Assembly: GCA_964291395.2 (NCBI GenBank)
Contig: OZ219858.1
Span: 1,248,001 to 1,312,000, forward strand
Direction: 5' to 3'
Length of the DNA stretch: 64,000 nucleotides
DNA from: Alphaproteobacteria bacterium
GTDB taxonomy: Bacteria; Pseudomonadota; Alphaproteobacteria; UBA2966
Each line of letters starts with the position of its first letter. Within the stretch, counting starts at the first letter, position 1. This document shows, one piece after another, positions 10,924 through 22,876 of this stretch. The notes beneath the pieces are model-generated. The model worked only from the letters and a program-made list of their open reading frames with translations, ran no database searches and was not told the origin of the DNA. Position numbers and translations under genes: made by a program.

Positions 10924-11277
10924 ATGACCGACAGCTTACGCGCCCTCAAGTTTCTGGTCATCGCCATGGGCGTCGTGATCATCATCGGTACCGCCGTTGT
11001 CGTCGTCACGATTTTCCAACGCGCAAGTACCGGGTGGGGAGGCGACCAGCCAGTCGGGCCCGCCATCGAGGTCGCCGCGTCCGATGCCGCTCCGAGTTCC
11101 GGGTTCGGAAGACGGACGCTCGACGTGCCCCGCGGCAGCCGCATCGTGGACATGATCGCCGAAGGGGACCGCTTGTTCGTTCGTCTGGAAATGTCCAAGG
11201 GCGCGCATCGGATCATCGTGCTCGATACCGTGACCGGCGCCCGTCTCGGCGAGTTCGAGGTTCGCGGGTCCCCTTGA
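10924..11277 (+). CDS. Conserved single-TM hypothetical protein (DUF6476-like)
   Basis: RALKFLVIAMGVVII TM segment and C-terminal LDTVTGARLG; position divergent from rluD. Confidence 0.65.
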   Translation: MTDSLRALKFLVIAMGVVIIIGTAVVVVTIFQRASTGWGGDQPVGPAIEVAASDAAPSSGFGRRTLDVPRGSRIVDMIAEGDRLFVRLEMSKGAHRIIVLDTVTGARLGEFEVRGSP

Positions 11278-11768
11278 GTCACATCCCGACCACGGTTCGA
11301 CTGGCGCCCGAGGATCTGCAAGTCATCGTCGGCTTCGCCGAGGCCGCCTACCCGGAGGAGTGCTGCGGCCTTCTGTCGGGAGCCGAGGAGGCGGGTGTCG
11401 TGCAGGTCGACGGTGTCCACGAGAGCGAAAACCTCGCGGAGGCGCCCGCGCGCCGGTTCGAGGTCGATCCGGCTCTCCGCCTTCGTCTGCAGCGTGCCCT
11501 CAGGGGAAGCGGCCGGGGCGTGGTGGGGATCTACCATTCCCACCCGGACGGCCCGGCCCGGCCCTCGCCTCGCGACCTGGAAGCAGCTTGGGAGCCGGAT
11601 CTGGTCTGGCTCATCGTCGGAGTCCGGAAAGGGCAGGTCGTTCAAAGCACCGCGCACGTCCTCGTGGCGGAGGGAGACGAAACCCGGTTCGTCGAAGTTC
11701 CCTTGGTCACCTCCGCTTCGACAGCGATCTCCGGCCGAAAGCCCTTGGAAAGCAGCGGTCCGTGCTAG
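11274..11768 (+). CDS. M67/JAMM (Mov34/MPN+, Mec-like) metalloprotease
   Basis: YPEECCGLL, RRFEVDP, YHSHPDGPARPSPRD JAMM motif; TTG start overlapping upstream stop. Confidence 0.88.
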   Translation: MSHIPTTVRLAPEDLQVIVGFAEAAYPEECCGLLSGAEEAGVVQVDGVHESENLAEAPARRFEVDPALRLRLQRALRGSGRGVVGIYHSHPDGPARPSPRDLEAAWEPDLVWLIVGVRKGQVVQSTAHVLVAEGDETRFVEVPLVTSASTAISGRKPLESSGPC

Positions 11769-11811
11769 AACCTCGTGGACATCGCCTGACCGAACGGGGA
11801 GGAAGGTTTCC

Positions 11812-12870
11812 GTGACGCATGCGCCGGCCGACTTCGCCAGCGACAACACCGCGCCGGTGGCGCCGGAGATCATGGAGGCGATCCTCGCGGCCAATGCGGG
11901 CCAGGCATCGCCGTACGGCGCGGACGACGTCAGCGCCGGGCTTTCGGCGAAATTCTCGGAGCTTTTCGAGACGAAGGTCCTGGTATTTCCCGTCGCCACC
12001 GGTACGGCGGCGAACGTGCTGTCGCTCTCCATGCTCACACCGCCTTGCGGCGCCATCTATTGCCACGAGAACGCCCACATCGAGGAAGACGAATGCGGCG
12101 CGCCGGAGTTTTACACGGGCGCCAAGCTGGTGACGCTAGCGGGGGATCACGGCAGGCTGTCGGCTGCGGATCTGTCGGAAAAGCTCGAAGGTCTGACCCT
12201 GGGGTTCGAGCATCACGTGCAACCCGCCGCGGTCAGTCTCTCGCAGGCGACCGAAAACGGGACGTCCTATCGGCCCGACGATGTCGCCGCCATCGCCGAA
12301 GTCGCGCAACGGTTCGATCTGGGGCTCCACATGGACGGCGCACGATTCGCCAATTCGGTCGCGTACCTGGGATGCACGCCGGCCGATATCACTTGGCGTG
12401 CGGGCGTCGACGCGCTGTCCTTCGGGGCGACCAAGAACGGCGGGATGGCGGCGGAAGCCGCGGTCTTCTTCCGCCCGGAGCTTGCCGAAGCCTTCAAGTA
12501 CCGGCGCAAGCGAGGGGGCCATCTGTTCTCGAAGATGCGCTACGTCTCGGCTCAGCTCGCCGCTTACGTGGCGGATGGTTTGTGGCTGCGCTATGCCGGC
12601 CGGGCCAACGCCATGGCGCAGCGGTTGTCGGGAGGTTTGTCGGCCATCCCCGGCATCGAGATCGTGCATCCAGTCGAGGCGAACGAGGTCTTTCCGCGGA
12701 TGCCGGAGTCCGTCGTCGCGGGGTTGTCCGACCTGGGATTCGGTTTTCATCGCTGGGGTGGGCGCGCTTCGCCGGTGCTGCGTCTCGTCACGGCGTTCAA
12801 CACGACCGGGAACGACGTCGACGGGTTCGTCGCTGCAGCCGAGCGACTCGCTGCGGAGGCTGCGGAGTAG
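11812..12870 (+). CDS. ltaE: Low-specificity L-threonine aldolase
   Basis: FASDN, YGAD, TGTAAN, DECGAPE, HMDGARFAN, SFGATKNG; GGAGG RBS. Confidence 0.88.
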   Translation: MTHAPADFASDNTAPVAPEIMEAILAANAGQASPYGADDVSAGLSAKFSELFETKVLVFPVATGTAANVLSLSMLTPPCGAIYCHENAHIEEDECGAPEFYTGAKLVTLAGDHGRLSAADLSEKLEGLTLGFEHHVQPAAVSLSQATENGTSYRPDDVAAIAEVAQRFDLGLHMDGARFANSVAYLGCTPADITWRAGVDALSFGATKNGGMAAEAAVFFRPELAEAFKYRRKRGGHLFSKMRYVSAQLAAYVADGLWLRYAGRANAMAQRLSGGLSAIPGIEIVHPVEANEVFPRMPESVVAGLSDLGFGFHRWGGRASPVLRLVTAFNTTGNDVDGFVAAAERLAAEAAE

Positions 12871-13064
12871 CCTTACCGAAGACGCCGAATTCAAACCCTC
12901 GACGTGCCTGGGTCCCCCCGGTGCAGGGAATGGACAGGGTGAGGACGGATATGGCGGAGCAGAACCTGCCGGCCGTACCGGCTCTCCACGGGATTCGTTG
13001 ACATGAGCGCTGCACCCGTGGCTTGGTGACGTGCGCTCCCGATACCGTGAAGGGCAACGCGTCC

Positions 13065-14198
13065 ATGATCCCGTGCCAGCGTCACCTCTTCGACATTCCC
13101 CGCGAGGTGGCGTATCTCAATTGCGCTTACATCTCGCCGATCCCCTCTGCTACGCGTGCCGCGGGCGAAGCCGGCATGGCGCGGAAATCAAGGCCCTGGG
13201 AGCTCACGCCGCTGGATTTCTTCACGGAATCGGAAGCGACTCGAAGCCTGTTCGCCGGCCTGATCGGCGCGACGGCGGAGGACATCGCGGTCGTCCCGTC
13301 CGTCAGCTACGGCATCGGGATCGCCGCCGCCAACGTCGCCTTCCGAAAGGGACAAACCGTCATCACCCTGGCGGAACAGTTCCCGTCCAATGTTTACCCG
13401 TGGCGCCGACTGGCCGCCGACCGGGAGGGGTCCGTCGTCACGATCCCGCCACCCCATGACGGGGACTGGGCGGCGGCCGTCATGAACGCCATCGACGCTG
13501 GAACGGCGGTGGTCGCCGTCCCCAACTGCCTGTGGACCGACGGCGGTCTCGTCGACCTCGAACGGGTGTCGGATGCCTGCCGGGAGAGCGGGGCCGCGCT
13601 CGTCATCGATGCCACCCAATCGCTTGGCGCGTTGCCGCTCGACGTCGGACGCGTTCGGCCCGATTTCCTCGTATCCGCCTGCTACAAGTGGCTGCTCGGA
13701 CCCTACAGCCTCGGTTTCATCTACATTTCGCCGGAATACCACGACGGACGACCTCTCGAGCAAACGTGGATTGGCAGGGAGAACTCGGAGGATTTCGCCG
13801 GCCTGGTGAACTACCGGGACACGTTCCAGCCCGGCGCCCGACGCTTCGACGTCGGCGAGCGGTCCAATTTCGCGCTGATGCCGGCCGCCAAGGCATCCCT
13901 CGAACTGATCGCCGACTGGGGTATCGATCGGATCGCCGCGACGCTCGGCGGACTTACCGGGGAGATCGCGGCGCGCGCGCAATCGCTGGGGCTGACCAGC
14001 CGGCCAGACGACCGGCGGGCCGGCCATTTTCTCGGAATCCGGTTTCCGAACGGGATGCCGGAGGGTCTGGTGGGCAGGCTGTCCGCCGCGGGCGTCCACG
14101 TCAGCGTGCGGGGCACCTCGATGCGGGTCACGCCTCATCTGTACAACGATGCGGAAGATGTCGACAGGCTGTTCGAAGTCCTGGAGAGCACGTTGTGA
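13065..14198 (+). CDS. Class V PLP-dependent aminotransferase/lyase (kynureninase/EgtE/cysteine desulfurase-like fold)
   Basis: YLNCAY, QFPSNVYPW, DATQSLG, SACYKWLLGP (PLP Lys), RVTPHLYN. Confidence 0.85.
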   Translation: MIPCQRHLFDIPREVAYLNCAYISPIPSATRAAGEAGMARKSRPWELTPLDFFTESEATRSLFAGLIGATAEDIAVVPSVSYGIGIAAANVAFRKGQTVITLAEQFPSNVYPWRRLAADREGSVVTIPPPHDGDWAAAVMNAIDAGTAVVAVPNCLWTDGGLVDLERVSDACRESGAALVIDATQSLGALPLDVGRVRPDFLVSACYKWLLGPYSLGFIYISPEYHDGRPLEQTWIGRENSEDFAGLVNYRDTFQPGARRFDVGERSNFALMPAAKASLELIADWGIDRIAATLGGLTGEIAARAQSLGLTSRPDDRRAGHFLGIRFPNGMPEGLVGRLSAAGVHVSVRGTSMRVTPHLYNDAEDVDRLFEVLESTL

Positions 14199-14347
14199 GC
14201 ATTGCGGGCGGTCGCGGACGCGACTTCGCGGGTTCGACCCTCTTCGACATGCGGTGGGGCCACGCCACCACGCGCCGCGCGGTCATTCCCGTAGTTCCCT
14301 GGTAACGACGAACCCGTCTCTACGGCCTTGCGGCCTTCGAGAAGCGC

Positions 14348-15403
14348 TTAAATCGCTTCCGCGATCGCCTTGCCCACCTCGGCCGTATTCGCCGTTCCGC
14401 CGAGGTCCGGCGTGATCGCCTTGCCTCTGGCCAATACCGTCTCGATTGCGGACTCGACGGCCTGGGCGGCGTCCGCATGCCCCAAGTGCCGCAGCATCAT
14501 GGCTCCGGACCAGATCTGCGCGATCGGATTCGCGATCCCCTGTCCGGCGATATCAGGTGCCGAGCCGTGCACCGGCTCAAACATCGAAGGTGCCTCACCC
14601 TCGGGATTGAGGTTGGCGCTGGGCGCGATGCCGATGCTCCCCACGACCGCGGGTCCGAGATCGGAAAGGATGTCGCCGAAGAGGTTGCTGCCGACGACGA
14701 CATCGAACCAGTCCGGATGCTGGACGAAATGCGCGGTGAGAATATCGATGTGGTATTGATCCGTCGTGACGTCGGGATAGTCGGCTCGGATGGCGTCGAA
14801 CCGCTCGTCCCAAAACGGCATCGTATGAATGATCCCATTCGACTTGGTCGCGGACGTGACGTGTTTGCGCGAACGCGTGCGGGCAAGGTCGAAGGCGTAG
14901 CGCATGATGCGGTCAACGCCGGTACGCGTGAATACGGTCTCCTGGGTCACGAGTTCATGGTCAGTGCCCGCGTACAGCCGGCCACCGATCTGGGAATATT
15001 CGCCTTCGACGTTTTCCCGCACGATGACCATGTCGATCTCACCGGGGGAACGGTCGCGAACGGGGGGTGTAATTCCCTCGAACAACTTGACGGGACGAAC
15101 GTTGGCATATTGGTTGAACGCCCGCCGGATCGGGATCAGGAGGCCCCACAGCGAAACATGGTCGGGAACCCCCGGGTACCCCACGGCGCCCAAGTAAATC
15201 GCATCGCAAGCCGCAAGGGTATCCCGCCAGTCTTCAGGCTTCATGGTACCGGTGGACGTGTACAGCTCACAGCTCCAGTCGAGTTCGGCCCAAGAGAACT
15301 CAACGCCGAACCGCTTGCCGGCCGCCTCCATCGCCCGGATGCCCTCCGGCATGACTTCCTTGCCGATGCCGTCTCCTGCGATCACCGCAACGCGATGTGC
15401 CAT
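14348..15403 (-). CDS. Tartrate dehydrogenase / D-malate dehydrogenase (decarboxylating)
   Basis: GDGIGKEV, VPDHVSLWGLL, RENVEGEYS, TSATKSNGI, NLFGDILSD, FEPVHGSAPDI. Confidence 0.9.
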   Translation of the reverse strand: MAHRVAVIAGDGIGKEVMPEGIRAMEAAGKRFGVEFSWAELDWSCELYTSTGTMKPEDWRDTLAACDAIYLGAVGYPGVPDHVSLWGLLIPIRRAFNQYANVRPVKLFEGITPPVRDRSPGEIDMVIVRENVEGEYSQIGGRLYAGTDHELVTQETVFTRTGVDRIMRYAFDLARTRSRKHVTSATKSNGIIHTMPFWDERFDAIRADYPDVTTDQYHIDILTAHFVQHPDWFDVVVGSNLFGDILSDLGPAVVGSIGIAPSANLNPEGEAPSMFEPVHGSAPDIAGQGIANPIAQIWSGAMMLRHLGHADAAQAVESAIETVLARGKAITPDLGGTANTAEVGKAIAEAI

Positions 15404-15464
15404 TCTCTGCCTCTCGTTATTCTGACGCATACCTTTTGGATTATGCGGAGCGCGCAAGGGGCAT

Positions 15465-15953
15465 TCACGTCAGATCGAGCTCGAAATGCTCGATTCCGTC
15501 CAAAGGACTGTCATTGTAATTCTCGACGGGCACAAACCCGTACGCGCCGTAAATCTCGCGCGCAGACCTCATGCTTGGCAAGGTATCGAGGCGCATCGCG
15601 AGATAACCCATCTCCTTCGCCTCCGTGATGATGCGGCGTACCAGCTGTTGCCCGACTCCCCGCTTGCGGTAGTTCGGGCGAACGTAGAGGCGCTTCATTT
15701 CGCAAAGGCGTGTTGAACCCCGAGACTCTAGGGGTCGGAGACCTACCGCACCGGCGGCGCCCTGATCCGCGTAGGCGATCAACAGACAGCCGAGCGGTGG
15801 CGCATAGGCTCCCGGGAACTCCTCCATCTCCCGGTCGAACCCCTGAAAGCAGAGGCTGAAATCGAGAGAGTCGGCGTATTCGACGAACAGCGCCTTGGTC
15901 CGCGCGATGTCATCGTCACTTTCGGCGTGACGAAGGGAAATGCCGGTGTCCAT
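15465..15953 (-). CDS. GNAT-family N-acetyltransferase
   Basis: LCFQGF, CEMKRLYVRP, RKRGVG, MRLDTL. Confidence 0.88.
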   Translation of the reverse strand: MDTGISLRHAESDDDIARTKALFVEYADSLDFSLCFQGFDREMEEFPGAYAPPLGCLLIAYADQGAAGAVGLRPLESRGSTRLCEMKRLYVRPNYRKRGVGQQLVRRIITEAKEMGYLAMRLDTLPSMRSAREIYGAYGFVPVENYNDSPLDGIEHFELDLT

Positions 15954-16009
15954 CGTCCAACCCGTTACAATCCGAAAGCGCGTCGGCGGTGGCTGTGGCC
16001 GCTATCGAC

Positions 16010-16852
16010 TCACTGGCGGCGCGCTCCATGCCCCCGCCGTTTGCTGGTTTCGCCGCTGCTGAGCTCCATCGTGTGCGCATGGTTGAGGGGGCCGTGTCCC
16101 TCACCGTAGCCGGGCGCCGTCTCGATCGCCGCGCGCAAGTACTTCCGCCCCCGCACGACCGCGTCACGTACCGTCAACCCCTGAGCGATGCCCACCGACA
16201 CGGCCGACGCGAGCGTGCATCCGGTGCCGTGGGTGTGGCGCGTCTTGATTCGAGGGGATTCGAGGACCTCCATGTCCCGTTCCGTGACATAGAGGTCTCG
16301 GACGACATCGCCCTCGAGGTGCCCGCCCTTCAGCAGTACCGCCTTGGGTCCGAGTGTCAGCAGCATGGCCGCCACATGCTCCATCTCGTCGGGAGACGAT
16401 ATGGGCGACCCCGTCAGCGTGACGGCCTCCGGGATGTTGGGCGTGATCAGAGCGGCCCTGGGGATCAGGCGTGCCTTCAGGGTCTCGCCGGTGTCCCGCC
16501 GGATCAATCGCGTACCGTCCTTGGCCACCATGACCGGATCGACCACCAGCGGAACGTGGGAGGCCAGGCTCTCGTAAAAGTCCACGACGGTGTCGATAAC
16601 CTCCCGCGTGTGGAGCATTCCCGTCTTGATGCAGTCGGCACCGATGTCATCGATGACGCTTTTCATCTGGCTCGCCACGAAAGATGCGGGAACGTCGTGG
16701 ATCTCCTGAACGCCCACGGTGTTCTGCGAGGTCAGGGCGGTTACCGCCGTGGCGGCGTAGCCTCCCAGAGCTGTGACGGTCTTGATGTCCGCCTGCAGGC
16801 CAGCGCCACCACCCGAGTCGGATCCCGCTACTATGAGCACTCGACCTTCCAT
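16010..16852 (-). CDS. thiD: Hydroxymethylpyrimidine/phosphomethylpyrimidine kinase
   Basis: AGSDSGGGAGLQADIK, KTGML, DPVMVAK, TPNIPEA, KGGH, THGTGCT. Confidence 0.96.
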   Translation of the reverse strand: MEGRVLIVAGSDSGGGAGLQADIKTVTALGGYAATAVTALTSQNTVGVQEIHDVPASFVASQMKSVIDDIGADCIKTGMLHTREVIDTVVDFYESLASHVPLVVDPVMVAKDGTRLIRRDTGETLKARLIPRAALITPNIPEAVTLTGSPISSPDEMEHVAAMLLTLGPKAVLLKGGHLEGDVVRDLYVTERDMEVLESPRIKTRHTHGTGCTLASAVSVGIAQGLTVRDAVVRGRKYLRAAIETAPGYGEGHGPLNHAHTMELSSGETSKRRGHGARRQ

Positions 16853-16868
16853 GGCACCTCCGCCGCTC

Positions 16869-18215
16869 TCAATTCGACGCGTGACTCGCCGCCGACACGA
16901 TCTCCTCGACGATCTCGTCAACCAGACGGCCGTCTTCGCCTTCAGCCATTATGCGAAGGACGGGTTCGGTTCCCGACTTGCGCACGACGATACGACCGGA
17001 TGAACCGAGTCGCGCCCGGCCGTCGTCGACGGCTTGCCGGACCTTTTCGTCCTCCATGGGACGATCACCGTTCACGGAAACGTTGCGCAACACCTGGGGA
17101 AACGGGACGAACAGGCGTCCGGCCTCGCTCACGGGTTTTCCAGTCTCGACAAAGACGGCGAGCGCCTGCAGCGCGGCGATCAATCCGTCGCCGGTGGTGT
17201 TGAAATCTCTCAGAATGATGTGGCCCGACTGCTCGCCGCCCACGTTGTGTCGGTGTTCTCGCATGTGCTCGACGACGTAGCGGTCGCCGACCGGCATGCG
17301 CTCCAGCTTCAGTCTTCGTTCCGACAGATACCGTTCCAGGCCAAGATTGGACATCACGGTGGCGACGATCGTGTCCGACGCCAGCCGATCCGCCGCTTGC
17401 CAGTGGGTGGCAACCAATGCCATCAGCTGATCACCGTCAAGCAATTCCCCCCGTTCGTCGGCAAGCACGACCCGGTCCGCATCCCCATCCAGGGCCATCC
17501 CGATATCGGCGCCGTGGGCAACAACCTGACTGCACATCGCCTCCGGCGAAGTGGAACCGCAGCCGTCGTTGATGTTGGTACCGTCCGGTGAGACGCCCAG
17601 GGGGATGATCGTGGCGCCGAGTTCCCAAAGGACGGTCGGCGCGACACTGTAGGCCGCGCCGTTGGCGCAGTCGACGACCACCTTCACGCCGTCGAGGGTC
17701 CGTTCCTTGGGAAACGTGTTCTTGGCGAATTCGATATAGCGTCCTTCGACGTCGTCGAGGCGGTTGGCGCGTCCGAGGCCCCCCGACGGCGCCATGCCGC
17801 CTTCTCCGCCCGCGCCCAACCGCGCTTCGATCTGCGCCTCGACCTCATCGGACAACTTGTATCCATCCGGACCGAACAACTTGATTCCATTGTCCTGGTA
17901 CGGGTTGTGGGAGGCGGAGATGACCACACCCAGATCCGCTCTGAGCGATCGGGTCAGCATGGCCACCGCAGGCGTGGGCATGGGTCCGACCAGGGTCACG
18001 TCCATGCCGACCGCAATGAAGCCCGCAGTGAGTGCCGACTCGATCATGTAGCCGGAAAGCCGGGTATCCTTGCCGATAACGACTCGATGCCGATGCTCGC
18101 CGCGGAGGAACTGGCTGCCCGCCGCCTTGCCAACGGCCAAGGCTACGTCAGCCGTCATCGGCCATTCGTTGGCCGCGCCGCGAATTCCGTCAGTCCCGAA
18201 GTACTTCGGTGCCAT
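16869..18215 (-). CDS. glmM: Phosphoglucosamine mutase
   Basis: [44 protein letters not shown]. Confidence 0.97.
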   Translation of the reverse strand: MAPKYFGTDGIRGAANEWPMTADVALAVGKAAGSQFLRGEHRHRVVIGKDTRLSGYMIESALTAGFIAVGMDVTLVGPMPTPAVAMLTRSLRADLGVVISASHNPYQDNGIKLFGPDGYKLSDEVEAQIEARLGAGGEGGMAPSGGLGRANRLDDVEGRYIEFAKNTFPKERTLDGVKVVVDCANGAAYSVAPTVLWELGATIIPLGVSPDGTNINDGCGSTSPEAMCSQVVAHGADIGMALDGDADRVVLADERGELLDGDQLMALVATHWQAADRLASDTIVATVMSNLGLERYLSERRLKLERMPVGDRYVVEHMREHRHNVGGEQSGHIILRDFNTTGDGLIAALQALAVFVETGKPVSEAGRLFVPFPQVLRNVSVNGDRPMEDEKVRQAVDDGRARLGSSGRIVVRKSGTEPVLRIMAEGEDGRLVDEIVEEIVSAASHASN

Positions 18216-18300
18216 AGGCAATTTCTCCGGACCCTGCATCGGACTACGGAGTGTCGGCTTCGATCCGGTCGCGGATCGAATTGAAGGATCGGTTGGCTTT

Positions 18301-19479
18301 CTAGTCCGCAGGGGGTGTCCTTGTACAGTGAAATGGTCGTGTCTGCTCGGTCAGGTGGGCGTCGATCGCCGCCTGGAAGACAGTCGCCTGGCGGGTTTCG
18401 GCCACGTCGTGAACGCGCAACATCTGGACGCCCTGATTCTGCGCCCACAACGCGGCCGCCAAGGATCCCGGGAGTCGGTCGTCGGCGGCATCGCCCCCCG
18501 CCAAACGCCCGATGAAGCTCTTGCGCGAGGCACCCACCAGCACCGGACATCCAAGCGCATGGAACAGGGACACCCGCGCCAGAACGGCGGCGCTTTGCGG
18601 TGCCTGCTTCGCGAATCCGATCCCCGGATCGACGATCAGACGTTCACGCGGCAGGCTGGCCGACCCGCAGATCTCGATCCGCTCCGCCAGCCAGTCGAAG
18701 GCATCGAGCGCGACATGATCGTAGCTCGTCTGCCGGTGCATGGCCGAGAATTCGACGGGACAGTGCATGAGGACTACCGGAACATTCGCCGCGGCGGCGG
18801 CTCCTAAACTCCCCTCGCCGGTCAAGGCGCTGATGTCGTTGATCATGGAGGCTCCGGCGGCCACGCCTTCCGTCATGACCTGCGCGTGCCGCGTATCGAC
18901 GGAAATCGATACCGAAAGTCCGGCCAGCGCCTGGATCACCGGAATGACGCGCGAAATCTCCTCGTCCACGCCGACCGGCAGCGCACCCCCGGGGCGCGTC
19001 GACTCGCCACCGACATCAATGACGTCGGCACCGGCTTCTACCATCTCATGGGCCGCATCGACCGCGGCCGATACGGAGGCAACCCGGCTTCCGGCGTAAA
19101 AGCTGTCGGGGGTCACGTTGACGACGCCCATGATCCGCGGTCGGCCGCCGGGAACTCCAGTCAGAGTCGGTGGAGCACGTGTCAGCCGGTCCAGCTGCTC
19201 ATCGACCGCCCGGCCGTGAGCTTCACTCAGGGACCTCTTCCAGCGATCGATCTGCGAAAGATCGGCGAGGCCGGCACGGACATCGTTCCCTTCGCGGATC
19301 AGGACTTCGCAGCCGGAAAAGACATAGGCGCCACCGGCCAGCGGCAACGTGCGAGAACGATCCGGCGCTAGAGCGGCTTGGGCCCGCGGAAAAACCGGAT
19401 GAGGACGCAGGTAAACCGCGACGTCTGGCTCAAGTCTTGAGGGGAGTTCAGGGGAGTCGGGCACGGCCGCGTTCCCCAA
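18301..19479 (-). CDS. folP: Dihydropteroate synthase with N-terminal extension (start uncertain)
   Basis: [43 protein letters not shown]. Confidence 0.93.
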   Translation of the reverse strand: MGNAAVPDSPELPSRLEPDVAVYLRPHPVFPRAQAALAPDRSRTLPLAGGAYVFSGCEVLIREGNDVRAGLADLSQIDRWKRSLSEAHGRAVDEQLDRLTRAPPTLTGVPGGRPRIMGVVNVTPDSFYAGSRVASVSAAVDAAHEMVEAGADVIDVGGESTRPGGALPVGVDEEISRVIPVIQALAGLSVSISVDTRHAQVMTEGVAAGASMINDISALTGEGSLGAAAAANVPVVLMHCPVEFSAMHRQTSYDHVALDAFDWLAERIEICGSASLPRERLIVDPGIGFAKQAPQSAAVLARVSLFHALGCPVLVGASRKSFIGRLAGGDAADDRLPGSLAAALWAQNQGVQMLRVHDVAETRQATVFQAAIDAHLTEQTRPFHCTRTPPAD

Positions 19480-19493
19480 GGTCGGTGCCGAAT

Positions 19494-21425
<1,932 letters not shown>

Positions 21426-21624
21426 CCGTCTTCCTCGCTCGAGGGCGGCGTCTCGCCCCACGTATGACAACATACATTGCTTCGGGAACGCTGTCCCGTG
21501 GCAGTGAGGATTGCGGACTATCGCTCTACGCGGTCCCGCCTTTCCATCTCCCTTCTATTAAATAGGGGGAGTCTCCGCTGAGACAACCGGAAACGACATC
21601 AATGTCGCTACAAGTCGCGAGTTG

Positions 21625-21752
21625 GGTACTGTCCCAAATAGCGACGCCGTGTGGAGTAGGTCCCTGGGGTCGGACAGCTTCACGCGGCGGCTTTGACCGG
21701 CTTGCGGGGCTGTAGGCAACACGGCCCCAGCAAGGAGGCAGCGGCCGCCATT
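21625..21752 (+). mobile_element. Possible IS256-family left-end remnant
   Basis: GGTACTGTCCCAAATAG resembles recalled IS256-type IR starts (GGNACTGTC); hairpin 21701-21734 and orphan AAGGAGG RBS with no ORF behind it. Confidence 0.3.
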
Positions 21753-21844
21753 GCCGGCCTAGTCTTCATTCATGTCAAAACGCGCGCAGCCAACATGGGT
21801 GCGCTAACATTCCGTTCATTGAATAAGCGGGAGGAACACGAGTC

Positions 21845-22246
21845 ATGGAGCCGTTGACACTGGACGAAGCCGTGCGCATGGCTTCGGCAGCCAGAGCCGA
21901 GGCCGACAAACTGAATATCAAAGTCGCAATATCGATCCTCGATCCGCGGGGCGATGTCATCGTCGTACACCGTATGGACGGAGCGCTCTGGCGTTCGGTT
22001 CCCATTTCGGAGGGCAAGGCGGCCGCATCCGCGGCCTGGAATACTCCCAGCGGAGAACTTGCAGAACGCTGGAGCCAGCCGACCTTTCAAGCCCTCTCGA
22101 TGAGGGAAAACGGGCGACTCATTCCCTGGCAGGGTGCGCTACCCATACGCCGAGGAGACGGCACGATGGTGGGTGCAATCGGTGTCAGCGGCGCAAAGTC
22201 CGAGTTGGACGAACAGGTCGCCTCTGCGGGCCTCGCCGCGCTCTAA
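21845..22246 (+). CDS. GlcG/HbpS-family heme-binding protein
   Basis: VAISILDPRG, RMDGA, SEGKAAAS, GALPI, VGAIGVSGA..D; GGAGG RBS. Confidence 0.9.
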   Translation: MEPLTLDEAVRMASAARAEADKLNIKVAISILDPRGDVIVVHRMDGALWRSVPISEGKAAASAAWNTPSGELAERWSQPTFQALSMRENGRLIPWQGALPIRRGDGTMVGAIGVSGAKSELDEQVASAGLAAL

Positions 22247-22483
22247 CGGAGATACCCTATTCTTCAGTTCCGACCTTCTAAGCACCGTTAGTCGTGGTGG
22301 GAGAGGGTGGCTTCGCCGAAGGAAGATAGTCCGCTAAGGGTCAGAAGTCGAAGTTCAGCTCCCTCTTCCGGTACGACCGAAAACGGAGCTCGAGCGGACG
22401 GCAGAACACCCGTCAACTCACCGGTTCGATTGTCGTTTGGCGTCAACGGGTATAATTCATTGAAATATAATAAGAAAATGGTC

Positions 22484-22561
22484 TAGCGGCCCCAACGGGA
22501 CTTGAGCCAGTGTCTCGACCTTGAAGGGGTCGTGCCCTGGACCTGACTACACGACGGGGTC
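22484..22561 (-). pseudogene. Decayed tRNA-Glu(TTC)
   Basis: Minus strand GACCCCG TCGTGTAGTCAGGTCCAGGGCA CGACC CCTTCAA GGTCG AGAC ACTGG CTCAAGT CCCGT TGGGGCC GCTA: intact anticodon stem, but A-C acceptor mismatch, C at position 33, CTC instead of TTC in T-loop, T-stem mismatch, CTA instead of CCA. Confidence 0.75.
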
Positions 22562-22619
22562 GTGCCGGCCCCTCATCTAGACGCTCCGACCTGTTTACGG
22601 CGGCTCGATAGCGCTTCAC

Positions 22620-22785
22620 AGGTAGCGGCCGGGCGGTCCGGTCTCGGCGGTGCAAAATTGATGTGCCATCCATGGCCTTTTGTCTGTTTCGGCGAGGGGC
22701 GGGGGATGTACGGGGTGGAGTTCCATGCGGCGGTTCGGCTCACGGTTGTCGATGAGGGTCTGAGCCACAGGGAAGTGTCGTCCCG
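22620..22785 (+). mobile_element. IS21-family left end with truncated istA 5' fragment
   Basis: GGCGGTGCAAAATTGATG IS21-type terminal motif; from ATG 22706 MYGVEFHAAVRLTVVDEGLSHREVS matches the IstA N-terminal HTH start, then breaks off. Confidence 0.65.
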
Positions 22786-22876
22786 AAGGACGCAATCGGG
22801 AAAGCGGCCTGCGGGCTTGCCATGCAGCCGTCGGGAGTGACAGGTTTCGGGTATACTAGCAGGAAGGAGCCCGGCG

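Noticed and set aside
19140-19479. ~110-aa N-terminal extension of FolP as a novel fusion
   Set aside because: Similar extensions are common in alphaproteobacterial FolP as I recall; no motif visible
22337-22376. Possible further tRNA 3' fragment (GAAGTTCAGCTCCCTCTTCCGGTACGA)
   Set aside because: No convincing T-stem or CCA end
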